From Candidatus Poribacteria bacterium (GTDB taxonomy: Bacteria > Poribacteria > WGA-4E > PCPOR2b), in the NCBI GenBank assembly GCA_965208675.1, contig OZ242351.1, positions 1,248,001 to 1,312,000 on the forward strand: a stretch of 64,000 nucleotides of DNA, read 5' to 3'. Below are positions 39,589-49,324 of this stretch, in pieces (within the stretch, counting starts at the first letter, position 1; the number at the start of each line of letters is the position of its first letter). The notes beneath the pieces were generated by a model, which was not told the origin of the DNA, made no database searches, and saw only the letters and a program-made list of their open reading frames with translations. The translations under genes were made by a program, and so were the position numbers.

Positions 39589-40389
39589 CTAACCCATACA
39601 TATCCCGCCATCCACGTGGATGCTCTGACCGGTGATGTTCCTCGCCTCCTCCGATGCCAAAAACACCACCAAGTTGCCGATGTCCTCCGGCGTCTGCTCG
39701 CGTTGTAGGGGCGTGTTATGCTTTACCCACTCCTCAAACAGCTCACGCGGCGCAAGATTTGCATACGCTGGATTGCCGCGAGTTATGAGCGGTGCGAGCT
39801 TCTGCCAGAAGGCGGTCCAAACCAAACCCGGACAGACCGCATTGACATTGATGTTATACGCTCCCAAATCTTTTGCTACTAGCCGCGTCAGGTTCAACAA
39901 GGCGTTCTTTGCAGCCGCATACGCCGGCGCAATCTGTGGATCTCGCTTCGCTGCAATGGAAGAGATGTTGATTATCTTCCCATACTTCCGATCCATCATA
40001 TGCGCCGCAACGGCTTTGCAGAGGAAAAACGGCCCCTTTACGTTTACCGCATAGTTGTCGTCCCAGTCCGCTTCTGTCTGGTTCGTGAAAGGAAGCCCCA
40101 ACTGCTCACCAAAATGTCCCGCGTTATTAACGAGAATGTCTACAACCCCGAACGCTTCTAACGCCGAATCTACCAGATTCTGGCAGTCCTCCTCGTTCGT
40201 CACATCTGTCCGAACTGCTAGTCCACGCTGTCCCATCGCTTCTAATGTCTCGACACATCCCTTCGCAGCATCTAAATTCATGTCAGACGCTACCACATCC
40301 GCACCTTCCCTTGCGAGGCATGCACAAATCCCGCGCCCCATTCCGCCGCCGGCACCAGTCACGATAGCAATTTTGCCCTTCAATCGCAT
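39589..40389 (-). CDS. Short-chain dehydrogenase/reductase (SDR)
   Basis: TGAGGGMG, NNAG, YAAAK, NAVCPG and ITGQ.IHVDGG. Confidence 0.93.
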   Translation of the reverse strand: MRLKGKIAIVTGAGGGMGRGICACLAREGADVVASDMNLDAAKGCVETLEAMGQRGLAVRTDVTNEEDCQNLVDSALEAFGVVDILVNNAGHFGEQLGLPFTNQTEADWDDNYAVNVKGPFFLCKAVAAHMMDRKYGKIINISSIAAKRDPQIAPAYAAAKNALLNLTRLVAKDLGAYNINVNAVCPGLVWTAFWQKLAPLITRGNPAYANLAPRELFEEWVKHNTPLQREQTPEDIGNLVVFLASEEARNITGQSIHVDGGICMG

Positions 40390-40877
40390 CTAAAACTCCT
40401 TTCCATGATAGGAGAAAAACACGTTATCCTCTAAAGACGCGCCTAGTTGCCGCATCTCTTCAATTTGGGACATTTACCGAACGACTTGAAGTATTGATTC
40501 ATTCACAGCACGAACCGTTCTGCTCTATTTGCCCTCTGTTTTGCCCACTTCTTCTCCCTTTGTTGTGTCAATCTGTCAGCGTTACTGCTGCGCAGTGAGA
40601 ATTAAATTGGTCGCTTGTTATCCGCAACTTGTACCTACCCAAATGATATGCACGCGAAATCCTAGGATTATCATCCAATCTATGATTATACATCATTTAA
40701 ACCCTAAGTGACAATTGGGAATTTTCGGCAATTCACAGTTTAATCACCAATGTTCGGTATTATTCTATAAACCCACAAACATCGATTTGTGACACTTGTG
40801 CTACGAAGTTGTATCACTCTTGCAACAGGTTGCCCTTATGCGGTTTTCATCTTCCTATCTCCCACTGAATTGTAGCG

Positions 40878-40939
40878 TTGGCATCTGAATTGCTACCTAT
40901 ATTTTTTAACTTGGCATATGAGGGTTGCTATGATATACT
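40878..40939 (+). promoter_or_regulatory. Candidate sigma54 (-24/-12) site followed by a sigma70 promoter
   Basis: TTGGCATCTGAATTGCT (GG-N10-GC) at 40878-40894; TTGGCA-17 nt-TATACT at 40911-40939. Confidence 0.45.
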
Positions 40940-40981
40940 CTCAAAAATCGTACACAAACTATAGTGAAAGGAATGAGCGCC

Positions 40982-41548
40982 ATGAAGAACCTTGCTCTGA
41001 CAGCCGCATTGCTATTGGCTGTGCTGATTGCGGCAGGGTGTTACACCCAAGTCGGTTACTATGAATCCCGTTTCGAAAAACCATCAGCGTACCGCCAGCA
41101 CAAAAAGGACTCGGAGGAGCAATCCAAACACGATAAGCGGGCGCGCCTAGAATCGAAACCCGAAGAGGGAGTAGAACGCGAAGATACTGACGCGGATCGT
41201 GTGCACGTAGAGGAAGATGAAGGATATTACGGACGCCGCAAACCCGCATATAGCAGATACCCGCGTTATCACAGACCCTACTATCGTTATCACAGACCTT
41301 TCTATTACGATTACTACTATCCACCTACATATCGGTATTACCCGTATTATCCGTATTATTCTTATGGAGGCTATTACAGTTTTTATCCATATCGCCCCTA
41401 TAGGTATAGCGGTTATCATCGGCATTACGGTGGAAAATACGGTCGCCATCATCGTTATGGCGGGACTCGCTCAAGCCGCACCTACAAAAATCGTGACGCG
41501 CATCACGGAAAAAAACGTTCACGGCAGTACCGCGGCAGATCGCATTGA
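40982..41548 (+). CDS. Lipoprotein with a Tyr/Arg/His/Gly-rich low-complexity C-terminus
   Basis: Lipobox AAGC-Y; RYHRPYY/RYHRPFY repeats and YYPYYPYY. Confidence 0.7.
   Translation: MKNLALTAALLLAVLIAAGCYTQVGYYESRFEKPSAYRQHKKDSEEQSKHDKRARLESKPEEGVEREDTDADRVHVEEDEGYYGRRKPAYSRYPRYHRPYYRYHRPFYYDYYYPPTYRYYPYYPYYSYGGYYSFYPYRPYRYSGYHRHYGGKYGRHHRYGGTRSSRTYKNRDAHHGKKRSRQYRGRSH
41264..41305 (+). repeat. 21-nt tandem repeat (2 copies) within the Tyr-rich lipoprotein
   Basis: CGTTATCACAGACCctactat followed by CGTTATCACAGACCtttctat. Confidence 0.8.
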
Positions 41549-41645
41549 ATGCTGATTTCATGAGCCTTGCCAATATCAGAAGTGAAAAATCTGCATCACA
41601 ACACCTAACGATAGTTGCGACAAATTGACAGGAGGCATGAATCCG

Positions 41646-42938
41646 ATGAGAAGGACGATTAAACGCACCACCATTTTGAGTTTCACACTACTCGGTCTTA
41701 CAATGTGGGGAATCGTAGCAGTCGCACAAACCGAAGAAATTGCCGTCGGCAACACATTCGGGCTTGGCGCAAGAGCAATGGGTATGGGCGGCACGTTCGT
41801 AAGTATCGCCGATGATTTTACAACGCTGTACTGGAATCCCGCAGGCCTTGCTCAGATACGGAAATTCGAGCTGTTTTCTAGTTTCTCGCACAACGAAATG
41901 GACACTGAAACTCAGTTTGCACAAGCGAGAGAAACAACAGATGCTGGCAGATCAAAAACTCGACCAAATTCAATCGGCCTGGTCTATCCGTTATACACAA
42001 CCCGTGGCGGCATGGCAATAGCAATAGGATATAACCGCCCTCAAAACTTCGATTCGCGCATTGTGGTTAAAGGATTAGACCCCTCTAATGACCCTGTCTT
42101 CGGCGGCTTTGATGTCGATGAATCAAACAGCTATAAAGGGGGAATCGGCATCTGGAGTTTAGGTACAGGCGTCTATGTGTCTGAGAATATCATTCTTGGC
42201 GGTGCGTTGGACTACTGGTATGGCAAAAGCCTTAACGAATTAGACAGCAACGCCGCCGATGTCAACGGCATCGACATGGAAATTGCACGCATGGAGTTTC
42301 TCGACACCGTCGATCGGGAGTATGCTGGATTGGGTGCTAGAGTTGGCGCATTAGCCCATTTAAGTGAGCAAGTGACGCTCGGCTTGACGGCGATCTTTCC
42401 AATGAACCTAGAAATCTACGAATTTTGGAGTCAAGGAACTATCGTATCGTTTGATGACGGTGAACAGGAAAGCGATTATACCGAGGGTGATATTGAGTAC
42501 AATATCGAACGCCCCATTGAGTTTAACACCGGAATCGCCGTCAAACTTTTGGAAAAACGTTTAACTCTCGCCGCCGATGTCCAGTTTTCGGATTGGACGC
42601 AAACTGTTTACAATCCGCCTCCGGCGGAAGATATTTCCAGCGGCTATTTTGAGGAACTGTATGATAGCACTTTCCAAGTTCGCGCGGGTGCAGAGTATCA
42701 TGTATCGGAAATTGACACCCGGTTCCGCGCCGGTTTTGTCCACGATCCCATCCCTTATCGTGGAAAAGACATTGAAAGCGATCGAAATTTCCTAACCCTT
42801 GGTGTTGGAAAGATTTTTGACCAAACTGTCAAAATTGATGCTGCTTATATGCTCGGTTCATGGCAGCAATCGGATGGGACATTGTCAGAAAAGCGCACCG
42901 ACCATCGTATTTTCGTGTCCGCTGCATATCGGTACTGA
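41646..42938 (+). CDS. OmpP1/FadL-family outer membrane beta-barrel transporter
   Basis: Signal peptide, GARAMGMGG..V..ADD.T.LYWNPAGL and a terminal aromatic residue (AYRY). Start uncertain (41625-41646). Confidence 0.85.
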   Translation: MRRTIKRTTILSFTLLGLTMWGIVAVAQTEEIAVGNTFGLGARAMGMGGTFVSIADDFTTLYWNPAGLAQIRKFELFSSFSHNEMDTETQFAQARETTDAGRSKTRPNSIGLVYPLYTTRGGMAIAIGYNRPQNFDSRIVVKGLDPSNDPVFGGFDVDESNSYKGGIGIWSLGTGVYVSENIILGGALDYWYGKSLNELDSNAADVNGIDMEIARMEFLDTVDREYAGLGARVGALAHLSEQVTLGLTAIFPMNLEIYEFWSQGTIVSFDDGEQESDYTEGDIEYNIERPIEFNTGIAVKLLEKRLTLAADVQFSDWTQTVYNPPPAEDISSGYFEELYDSTFQVRAGAEYHVSEIDTRFRAGFVHDPIPYRGKDIESDRNFLTLGVGKIFDQTVKIDAAYMLGSWQQSDGTLSEKRTDHRIFVSAAYRY

Positions 42939-43227
42939 ACTGTTTCGTAACGCACAACTTCCAGATTAACAAACCGATGCGCGAAGAATTCCGCAGTTTT
43001 TGGTGCACTGCACCGCCGGAAGTCATACCTGCGTCACCGCAATCTTAACCTCATTCTTGGTCGGGTTGGCTTATATCCGCCGCTTAATTTTTACGCCAAA
43101 ATTCATTGCACTCGCCGCTCATGATTGTGATGTAATAGACGTAATCACGCAAGAGTGGCGTACCTAGATCGAAATTGATAATATTCACGCTATCGTGCCG
43201 ATAGGGACGAAAATCGGAGGCAAAGTA

Positions 43228-43899
43228 ATGCGTACCAAATGTTTCTATTTCTATTTGCCCATGCTCATGTTAATGGCTTGGCTCTTGTCAGCGTGTGCGG
43301 CTAAAGTCATGGATAATTCTCAACTCCAGTACATCGCTCCCGAATTTACAGAAAATTCCCTGCCCGACCATGGTCTGAGCCTACTTCCCATCGTCGCTGG
43401 CAATGGGCAAGAAGGGTTGCGCAGACCGCTAGGGGCAAAGCTTGATTTAAATCTGACAAATCAATTGCCTCAAGGAAAATTCATCGCGACAATTCCAACG
43501 CTTGACTTGATTAACGAAGCGAATCTGACGGAAGCCTACGCGCAGATGATCGATGATTATGCCCGTGCTGCGATTCTCAACAAGAAAACACTTCGCCAGA
43601 TTGGCGAGGCGACAGGAATTCGTTACCTCTTGCACGTGAAGCTATTGGATCAATCCCACACGGAAACCGTCGGTCCCGCTCTCTTATCCGACGAAATTAT
43701 CAACGTGCAAATTCGGAACGTAAGTATATTCGGACAAGTGTGGGACTGCGATTTAGGTGATATTGTGTGGGAGGGTACGGGAGAGGCTACGGTGCGAACT
43801 GAGGTTGAAGTTCAGTATCTAAAGCATTCCATCAATGACTTGGTCAACATAGCGGCGCGTTCATTTCTAAACAATCTACCCGGAATTAAAATTTCATAA
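43228..43899 (+). CDS. Hypothetical lipoprotein (possibly LpoB/CsgG/DUF799-like fold)
   Basis: RBS GGAGG, lipobox LSAC; L..IG...G..YLL and D...G.IVW.G patterns. Confidence 0.6.
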   Translation: MRTKCFYFYLPMLMLMAWLLSACAAKVMDNSQLQYIAPEFTENSLPDHGLSLLPIVAGNGQEGLRRPLGAKLDLNLTNQLPQGKFIATIPTLDLINEANLTEAYAQMIDDYARAAILNKKTLRQIGEATGIRYLLHVKLLDQSHTETVGPALLSDEIINVQIRNVSIFGQVWDCDLGDIVWEGTGEATVRTEVEVQYLKHSINDLVNIAARSFLNNLPGIKIS

Positions 43900-44236
43900 G
43901 CCAAATTGATGTGCGTTTGACTAGGCAGGGCACCATCGTAGGCTTCTGATTTTTCACGTCCTCCCCGTAGACAGACATTTTTGGTTTGCCTTGTGCGGCC
44001 AACCTCAATTCACATCACAAGTTATCGGTCCCGTTCATGGCGAGCTAGGTGGCATTAGACGCGTTGTGTTGGGTTACACTTGCTCACTCACCTCGTTGAC
44101 CCTCATCGCTGTTTCAAAAATGGGAGTTATGTCCGCTGGCTGTAGTTCGTCCAATGTCTTTATTCTGTATAACTGAATTTGCTTAATTGATTGCCTTGAA
44201 TCACATCTCGCCAGCTATTGGGGGTTTTTGGTTGGA

Positions 44237-46000
44237 CTATTGAACGACTGGCAGCCAAGAACGGGACCAAGTGCCGTGGGCGCCAGCCGTCGCGTAGTCG
44301 GTCAGGTGAATCTCCGTCCCATCCGTAGCCGTCGTCTTGAATAAGGTCAACGGTTGAAACCGGTCGCTGCATGCCGCGGGGTTTAACTCTAGCTTGCCAA
44401 AATCCAACGTCGGCATGTCATCCGGTTCAATGGAGTTGTGCTTTTGGTCAAATGCCAATAATAGGGGACCTCTGTAAAGGGATGCGTTATGATTGACGTA
44501 TGCATCGCCCCGAAGCAGGCGTAGATTAAAGTCTAACTCCACATCAATGCAATCCTTCATTTTCCATTTTCTGTCCAGTTTGAGGTAAACCCCCGGTCGG
44601 ACATCACCGACGGGGTTGCCGTTCAAAGACACCTTCGTTTTCATTGACCAAGCAGGTATTCGCAAGTAAATAGGAGTTTTTTGCGCGCTGTCTGGTTCCA
44701 CTTCTATGCGAACCGTCGGCTCGGCCGGATATCTCGTCTGTTGCCTAAAAATCCACTTTGAAGTCGTGTTTAAATTTACATCAATCGCGCCCGGACCGTA
44801 ATAGTTCAAATATAGTCCCTGCTGGTCGTCCCCCAAAATCGCCCATTCGGAAAGCATACCTAAACTCCGGGGACCGTTTACCGCACAGCAATTTAACTCC
44901 GGCGAACCGCACGCCGAATGAACATCTGCCAAATGATGGAATGAGGCGAGCCGCTTGCCATCCATCGGCGTATCGTACGTCCACCAGCGGCCGCTGGGGT
45001 GCTGGGAGCCTAGCATAGCGTTCCATGTGGCGTTTTCGATGGCGTCGGCGATTTTGCAGTCCGGACTGAATCGCAGCGCGTCAATACTGTACGCAATCCA
45101 AGCCACTGTGCAGCAAGTTTCAATCGCGCCCGGCATAAATGGATTGCCGGCCGCCTGCTCGCCCACAGAAAAACTGCCGGCGTTGTGAACATCCGTCTTG
45201 AGGATACTGTGCCAATAGTGTACTTGTGCCTGCTTGTACGTCTCATCACCGGTAATCCGGTAGAGCTCGCTCAATCCTTGCAGCGCATGAAGAATTTCCC
45301 AACGGTGGGAACCGGTTTGGTAAAAGTCTACACCCTCCATCGCCTGATGGTAGTAGCCGCGCCCGCCCAGCTTTTCCCAGAAAGTTTGAATATGTTGTAT
45401 GCCTTGGAGGTAGAGATCGGTACCAGTTTCTTGGTAGAGAAGCCCCAAAGCGTGAATAATCGACGTGTTAATTTCCGGTCCCGGTGTATCATGAAATCCC
45501 TTTTCCCCGGCTAGTAAACCGCTGCAGATTAAGTCCGCTGCGCGCAGCGCGCAATCCAATGCGGCTTGGTCGCCAGTTTCGCGGTGCCACATATAAAGAC
45601 CCAAGATGCAATGATAATGCGCCCAGATATCCCAATGCGCAAAAAGCCGCTCATGTTTGTAGTAGACCCCCAAGTATCCGTCCTCGTCTTGCGTGGAGAT
45701 AAAATCTTCGACGAGTTCGCCGATAAAGGGACGCAACTTGGGATCGTCCGTCATGCGCATGGCCTGTACGGCGGAAATCAAATACTTCCCCCACAAAGAC
45801 CCCGAATCTATGGTGACTTTCGGTTTGGGCGCACGGTCGCGCATGCGAAACATCTCCAGAAGGCCGGGGTTCACTTCTGGGCAAGGATACAGCCAATTGT
45901 CCAGATTGGCTTGGATTCGCCGCCCCATCTCACCTTCCAAACGCAAAAATAACTGCGGCTGATGCAATTCGGAAATTTGAGGGTTCTCGGTAACATTCAT
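44237..46000 (-). CDS. Glycoside hydrolase family 127-like (beta-L-arabinofuranosidase-type)
   Basis: Q..DGYL, L.ELYRITGD..Y, IETCC, NCC.VNG.R, Q.T.YP, LRIPAW and RGPL.LA. Confidence 0.88.
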   Translation of the reverse strand: MNVTENPQISELHQPQLFLRLEGEMGRRIQANLDNWLYPCPEVNPGLLEMFRMRDRAPKPKVTIDSGSLWGKYLISAVQAMRMTDDPKLRPFIGELVEDFISTQDEDGYLGVYYKHERLFAHWDIWAHYHCILGLYMWHRETGDQAALDCALRAADLICSGLLAGEKGFHDTPGPEINTSIIHALGLLYQETGTDLYLQGIQHIQTFWEKLGGRGYYHQAMEGVDFYQTGSHRWEILHALQGLSELYRITGDETYKQAQVHYWHSILKTDVHNAGSFSVGEQAAGNPFMPGAIETCCTVAWIAYSIDALRFSPDCKIADAIENATWNAMLGSQHPSGRWWTYDTPMDGKRLASFHHLADVHSACGSPELNCCAVNGPRSLGMLSEWAILGDDQQGLYLNYYGPGAIDVNLNTTSKWIFRQQTRYPAEPTVRIEVEPDSAQKTPIYLRIPAWSMKTKVSLNGNPVGDVRPGVYLKLDRKWKMKDCIDVELDFNLRLLRGDAYVNHNASLYRGPLLLAFDQKHNSIEPDDMPTLDFGKLELNPAACSDRFQPLTLFKTTATDGTEIHLTDYATAGAHGTWSRSWLPVVQ

Positions 46001-46089
46001 CGGGTTTCCTTTGAGTCGTCCTTATTCTTTTGATTTTGGTTCCTCATTCGCAATTACCGGGTAACAGGTGAACCGCTCATCCTAAATTT

Positions 46090-46900
46090 CATAGTTAAGT
46101 TTAATCCAGAATATCGAGCCGCAAAACTCACCGGTCCATGTGCTTTCCCAGTCGATAAAGTATGAATTTGGCGAATAATCCCTTTGATGTGTTCACCCCA
46201 TGAAATGGCTATGCTCCCGCCGGTATGTGCCCATTTGTCGGGAATCAGATCCTAAGCGTTTGACACAGCCGTCAAATATCATTCTATGCCGGTTGCTCTA
46301 TACAAATCCAAATACTTTTCAAACGCGGTAATTTCATAGCAGTGCGCTGGCGGCGCTTATAAATTGCCCTATCGTCATTTACGATTAACTGATTCAGCCA
46401 CCAATCTTCTTGGTAATACTGTTGAACCACGTCAAGTTCCCGCTTCGGCCCTTTGATGTAAGACACATCCTTGTATTGGGTATTATCCCTTGGTAACCGA
46501 GAGTCAAATCTTTAACTTCCGGGAGATATTCGCATGCGTTAAACTAGTTCTGATGTGCTCGAATTAGTGGCAAGGCTTTTTCGCTTTCGCCGATAATCGC
46601 TTCGATGAGCCAGTGAGTTACCCGCGACCTAACATAGTTCGGGTTCCCACCAACGGCAGTCTCAGTCTCTTTGTACGCCATCATAAACCCATTCGCCTGC
46701 TTACATTCATCAATTCCGTCGACAACCCGGTCCATCATGTCTCTTAGATCGGGATTATTTTCCCATATTAGCACATTCCCGCTGCCCATGAGAAACAGCC
46801 CGCCAATGAACCGTACAGAAGCGGTGGGGCATGCTCCCAGCCCCTGCTGCGCCCCGGTGGATTCAAATCATCAACCCGTTGTCTGAAACAGCACAGAATG
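46090..46900 (-). pseudogene. Degraded GH127-like glycoside hydrolase fragment
   Basis: Stitching frames gives GWE..GSLAG/LFLMGSGN..VVDGIDECKQANGFMMAY..HQN*FN..YQEDWW../HCYEITAFEKYLDLYRATG*YL..NA*DL..WAHTGGSIAI../GEFCGSIFWIKLN. There are several frameshifts and stops (46544, 46279, 46252). Confidence 0.75.
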
Positions 46901-47088
46901 TCATCAACAGGGTACGTCTTTTGTGGGTACTGGACATTATTATCAAAAACAGTCTTTAATATCTAGCCGGTTAGTTCGACGCCAGACGTTGGCGTGACAA
47001 TCAACAGTTCCACAAGTAACCAAAGTGAAGAGAGTCCGGTTCGTTGTCTTTTTACCCCACTCCAATCGACAAAACCAACGTTATTGGC

Positions 47089-47943
47089 TTAACGGGTCAC
47101 TTTGAGTGCACCCCAAAATGTTGCAAGTTTACTTGTAGGTTCAACAACAGCAAGCATATCGCTAATCGGATGGTCCATTAACTCTTCGATTTCTGGTACA
47201 TCCAGTTCCTTGCTGAAGATAGCCATCTCGTCCATCGTGCCATTGAAAAACTCAAACATCAACGGCTCGTTCCCGCCGCAACACTCGTGTACATTCCCTA
47301 AAGCCCCAAAGACGATGGGCCAGTCGATTCCGGAGATGTCCTTATCGCCGGAGATATCCCTTTCCCCATCCAATTTCGCGTCCACATAAATTTTGGCTTC
47401 AAGCGTATCCAAATTAAATACATGAACAACGTGATGCCATTTGTTGTCAGCTACGTTGGTCGCAGATTGAAGTGCCCAGCCCGGCGCAACATTGTCCACG
47501 GCTTCAGAAAAAGGTCTGCCGCCAACAATCGCAGCATGCCACCCTTGTGTCCATCCGCTTGAACCTTTCTCTATTGTCCGGCCTTTCCCCGATCTCATGG
47601 TCGTTTTAACCCAGTAAGCAACGCTCAAAGCCGTGCCAGGCTTGCCGAGCGCGTCATGTTTGTCATTCGTGCCGACAAGCACAAACCATTTCTTGCCTGC
47701 ATTGAATTCCAAGCCCATACCAAACTTGCCTTCGACCCACGCGTCATCGTGGGGTTTCCCGTCCCATTCGGGCCCAACGCTTAGGGTACCGTGTAAACGC
47801 CCAGCCAGATCCGTGACTCTGCTGCCGCGCCCTTCATCAGCCGGCCAATATCCTACGACATCTCCGCTTTCAAACGCAAAGGCGGAGAATGTCAAGAAAA
47901 AAACAGCCAATCCGAGCAGCCATAAATGTAGCTTGGTGTACAT
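47089..47943 (-). CDS. Secreted LamG/concanavalin A-like jelly-roll protein
   Basis: Signal peptide, YW..DEG.G, WVEGKFG..LEF, WHHVV, IYVD and G.MDE.AIF; C-terminal VEPTSKLATFWGALK. Confidence 0.85.
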   Translation of the reverse strand: MYTKLHLWLLGLAVFFLTFSAFAFESGDVVGYWPADEGRGSRVTDLAGRLHGTLSVGPEWDGKPHDDAWVEGKFGMGLEFNAGKKWFVLVGTNDKHDALGKPGTALSVAYWVKTTMRSGKGRTIEKGSSGWTQGWHAAIVGGRPFSEAVDNVAPGWALQSATNVADNKWHHVVHVFNLDTLEAKIYVDAKLDGERDISGDKDISGIDWPIVFGALGNVHECCGGNEPLMFEFFNGTMDEMAIFSKELDVPEIEELMDHPISDMLAVVEPTSKLATFWGALKVTR

Positions 47944-48406
47944 GTCATTTCCTCCCGAAATTGGATTAGTCTTTCAGTTTCGCATTAGTAAAATCCTCTG
48001 CATCCCGATACCTATTGTCTCAAGAATTCGGACGCTAATGTGTCGCGCGCCAAGACATTGTTGAAGCCAAAAGGTACATATCACATGAACATTTCAAAAC
48101 CCAAGTTGAATAGTACCCACGAGTCATCGTATCACTTTTTGGGGCGCGGTGTCAAACCATTTCAATCCCTTCATTTCCCCTCATAAACATACCAGCGTTT
48201 CAGAGGAGCGGGGATTTCGATTTCACGAAAAGAGATGCGCTCCTGTCACATATATCGGAATTTAGGCGGATTTAGGAAAATCGCGGGGATAAACGATTCC
48301 GATGGAACTGCACGTCGTTATTCAAACGCCGCCCGGCCAGTCCGGCAATTAAGGATTATAGTCAGATTGAAGGTTCAATCAACACCATCAAATTGCTCCA
48401 AATCCT

Positions 48407-49150
48407 TCATGTCGCGGTTTTAATCTCTCCCCATATCGTTGTAAGATTGCCATCAGGTTGGACCTGTAACGCATCTTTTAAAAATAGTATCTCGTCAGCA
48501 ATCTGAAGGTCATCGAAGTACACATCTGCACCGGGACTTTCCCATTTGCCAACCTGCCGAAAATAATGCCCTCCGCCCTTCATCTTGTCGCCTAATGCAC
48601 CGCCGCGGTTCTTGATAAAGGACGTGTCCTCAAAGACGATTACCGGTTCTTCTCCTTCGGCTTCAACGTAACAGTCAAAAGTCTGGTTCTTCAAGTTAAT
48701 CTCCGTTTTTAACCGGTACCATGTGCGGGGTTCCAAGTTTACGGGTTTCGCAGGCTGAGGAAATCCGTTAATCGCATAAACCATCAGATTGTCTGCGCGG
48801 ATTCCGATATGCGGGCCAACCCATCCCCAAACGTCGTTTGTCCAAACATGAATGTGGTGTAGATGCGGATCGCCCCTGAGGGTGCCATCGACGTAAAACC
48901 AGATTGCATCATCGATTCGGTCCTTTTTTGGCAGATTTAGTGGCACCCGTGCACTGGGAACTCCAACACCTTCCCCAGTGCTCAAAATGCTGTGTTTTCC
49001 ACTATGGGCTTTTTTATCGGAAATTGCCATACCCTGAAATGCCCAGTCGGCTGCGCCGTCTTCAAAATCCTGCTCATAAAATACCTCAACGCCGCTAAGT
49101 GTCGCGGGAATTAACATTCCAAACATCAACAACAGCACAACTCTCTTCAT
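48407..49150 (-). CDS. Secreted jelly-roll-like hypothetical protein with the same C-terminal motif
   Basis: Signal peptide, QDFEDG, AHSGKHS, WY.L..E and VYFDDL.I; C-terminal VQPDGNLTTIWGEIK. Confidence 0.75.
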   Translation of the reverse strand: MKRVVLLLMFGMLIPATLSGVEVFYEQDFEDGAADWAFQGMAISDKKAHSGKHSILSTGEGVGVPSARVPLNLPKKDRIDDAIWFYVDGTLRGDPHLHHIHVWTNDVWGWVGPHIGIRADNLMVYAINGFPQPAKPVNLEPRTWYRLKTEINLKNQTFDCYVEAEGEEPVIVFEDTSFIKNRGGALGDKMKGGGHYFRQVGKWESPGADVYFDDLQIADEILFLKDALQVQPDGNLTTIWGEIKTAT

Positions 49151-49324
49151 CGAAGATTCCTCCTTCTTAGAATGTTCGGAAATTCTGAAGCTTTGAGTAT
49201 TTTACCACAAGCAAATCGTCTTTATTTGCAAAATCATATTTCCTGCGTTTTTCTACGGTTGGCTAAGGTTTACACATACCGTAGCGTTCTTTATGCGATG
49301 TTGCCTGCAATCGCGTCTTCCGGG

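Noticed and set aside
41240-41470. CRISPR array or non-coding tandem repeat
   Set aside because: The repeats are in-frame, degenerate codon-level repeats of a Tyr-rich protein with no spacers, and no cas genes are present.
46250-46546. In-frame TAG/TGA codons in the GH127-like fragment as pyrrolysine or selenocysteine
   Set aside because: They co-occur with several frameshifts, and the TAGs look like single-base changes from TGG. This is ordinary pseudogene decay.
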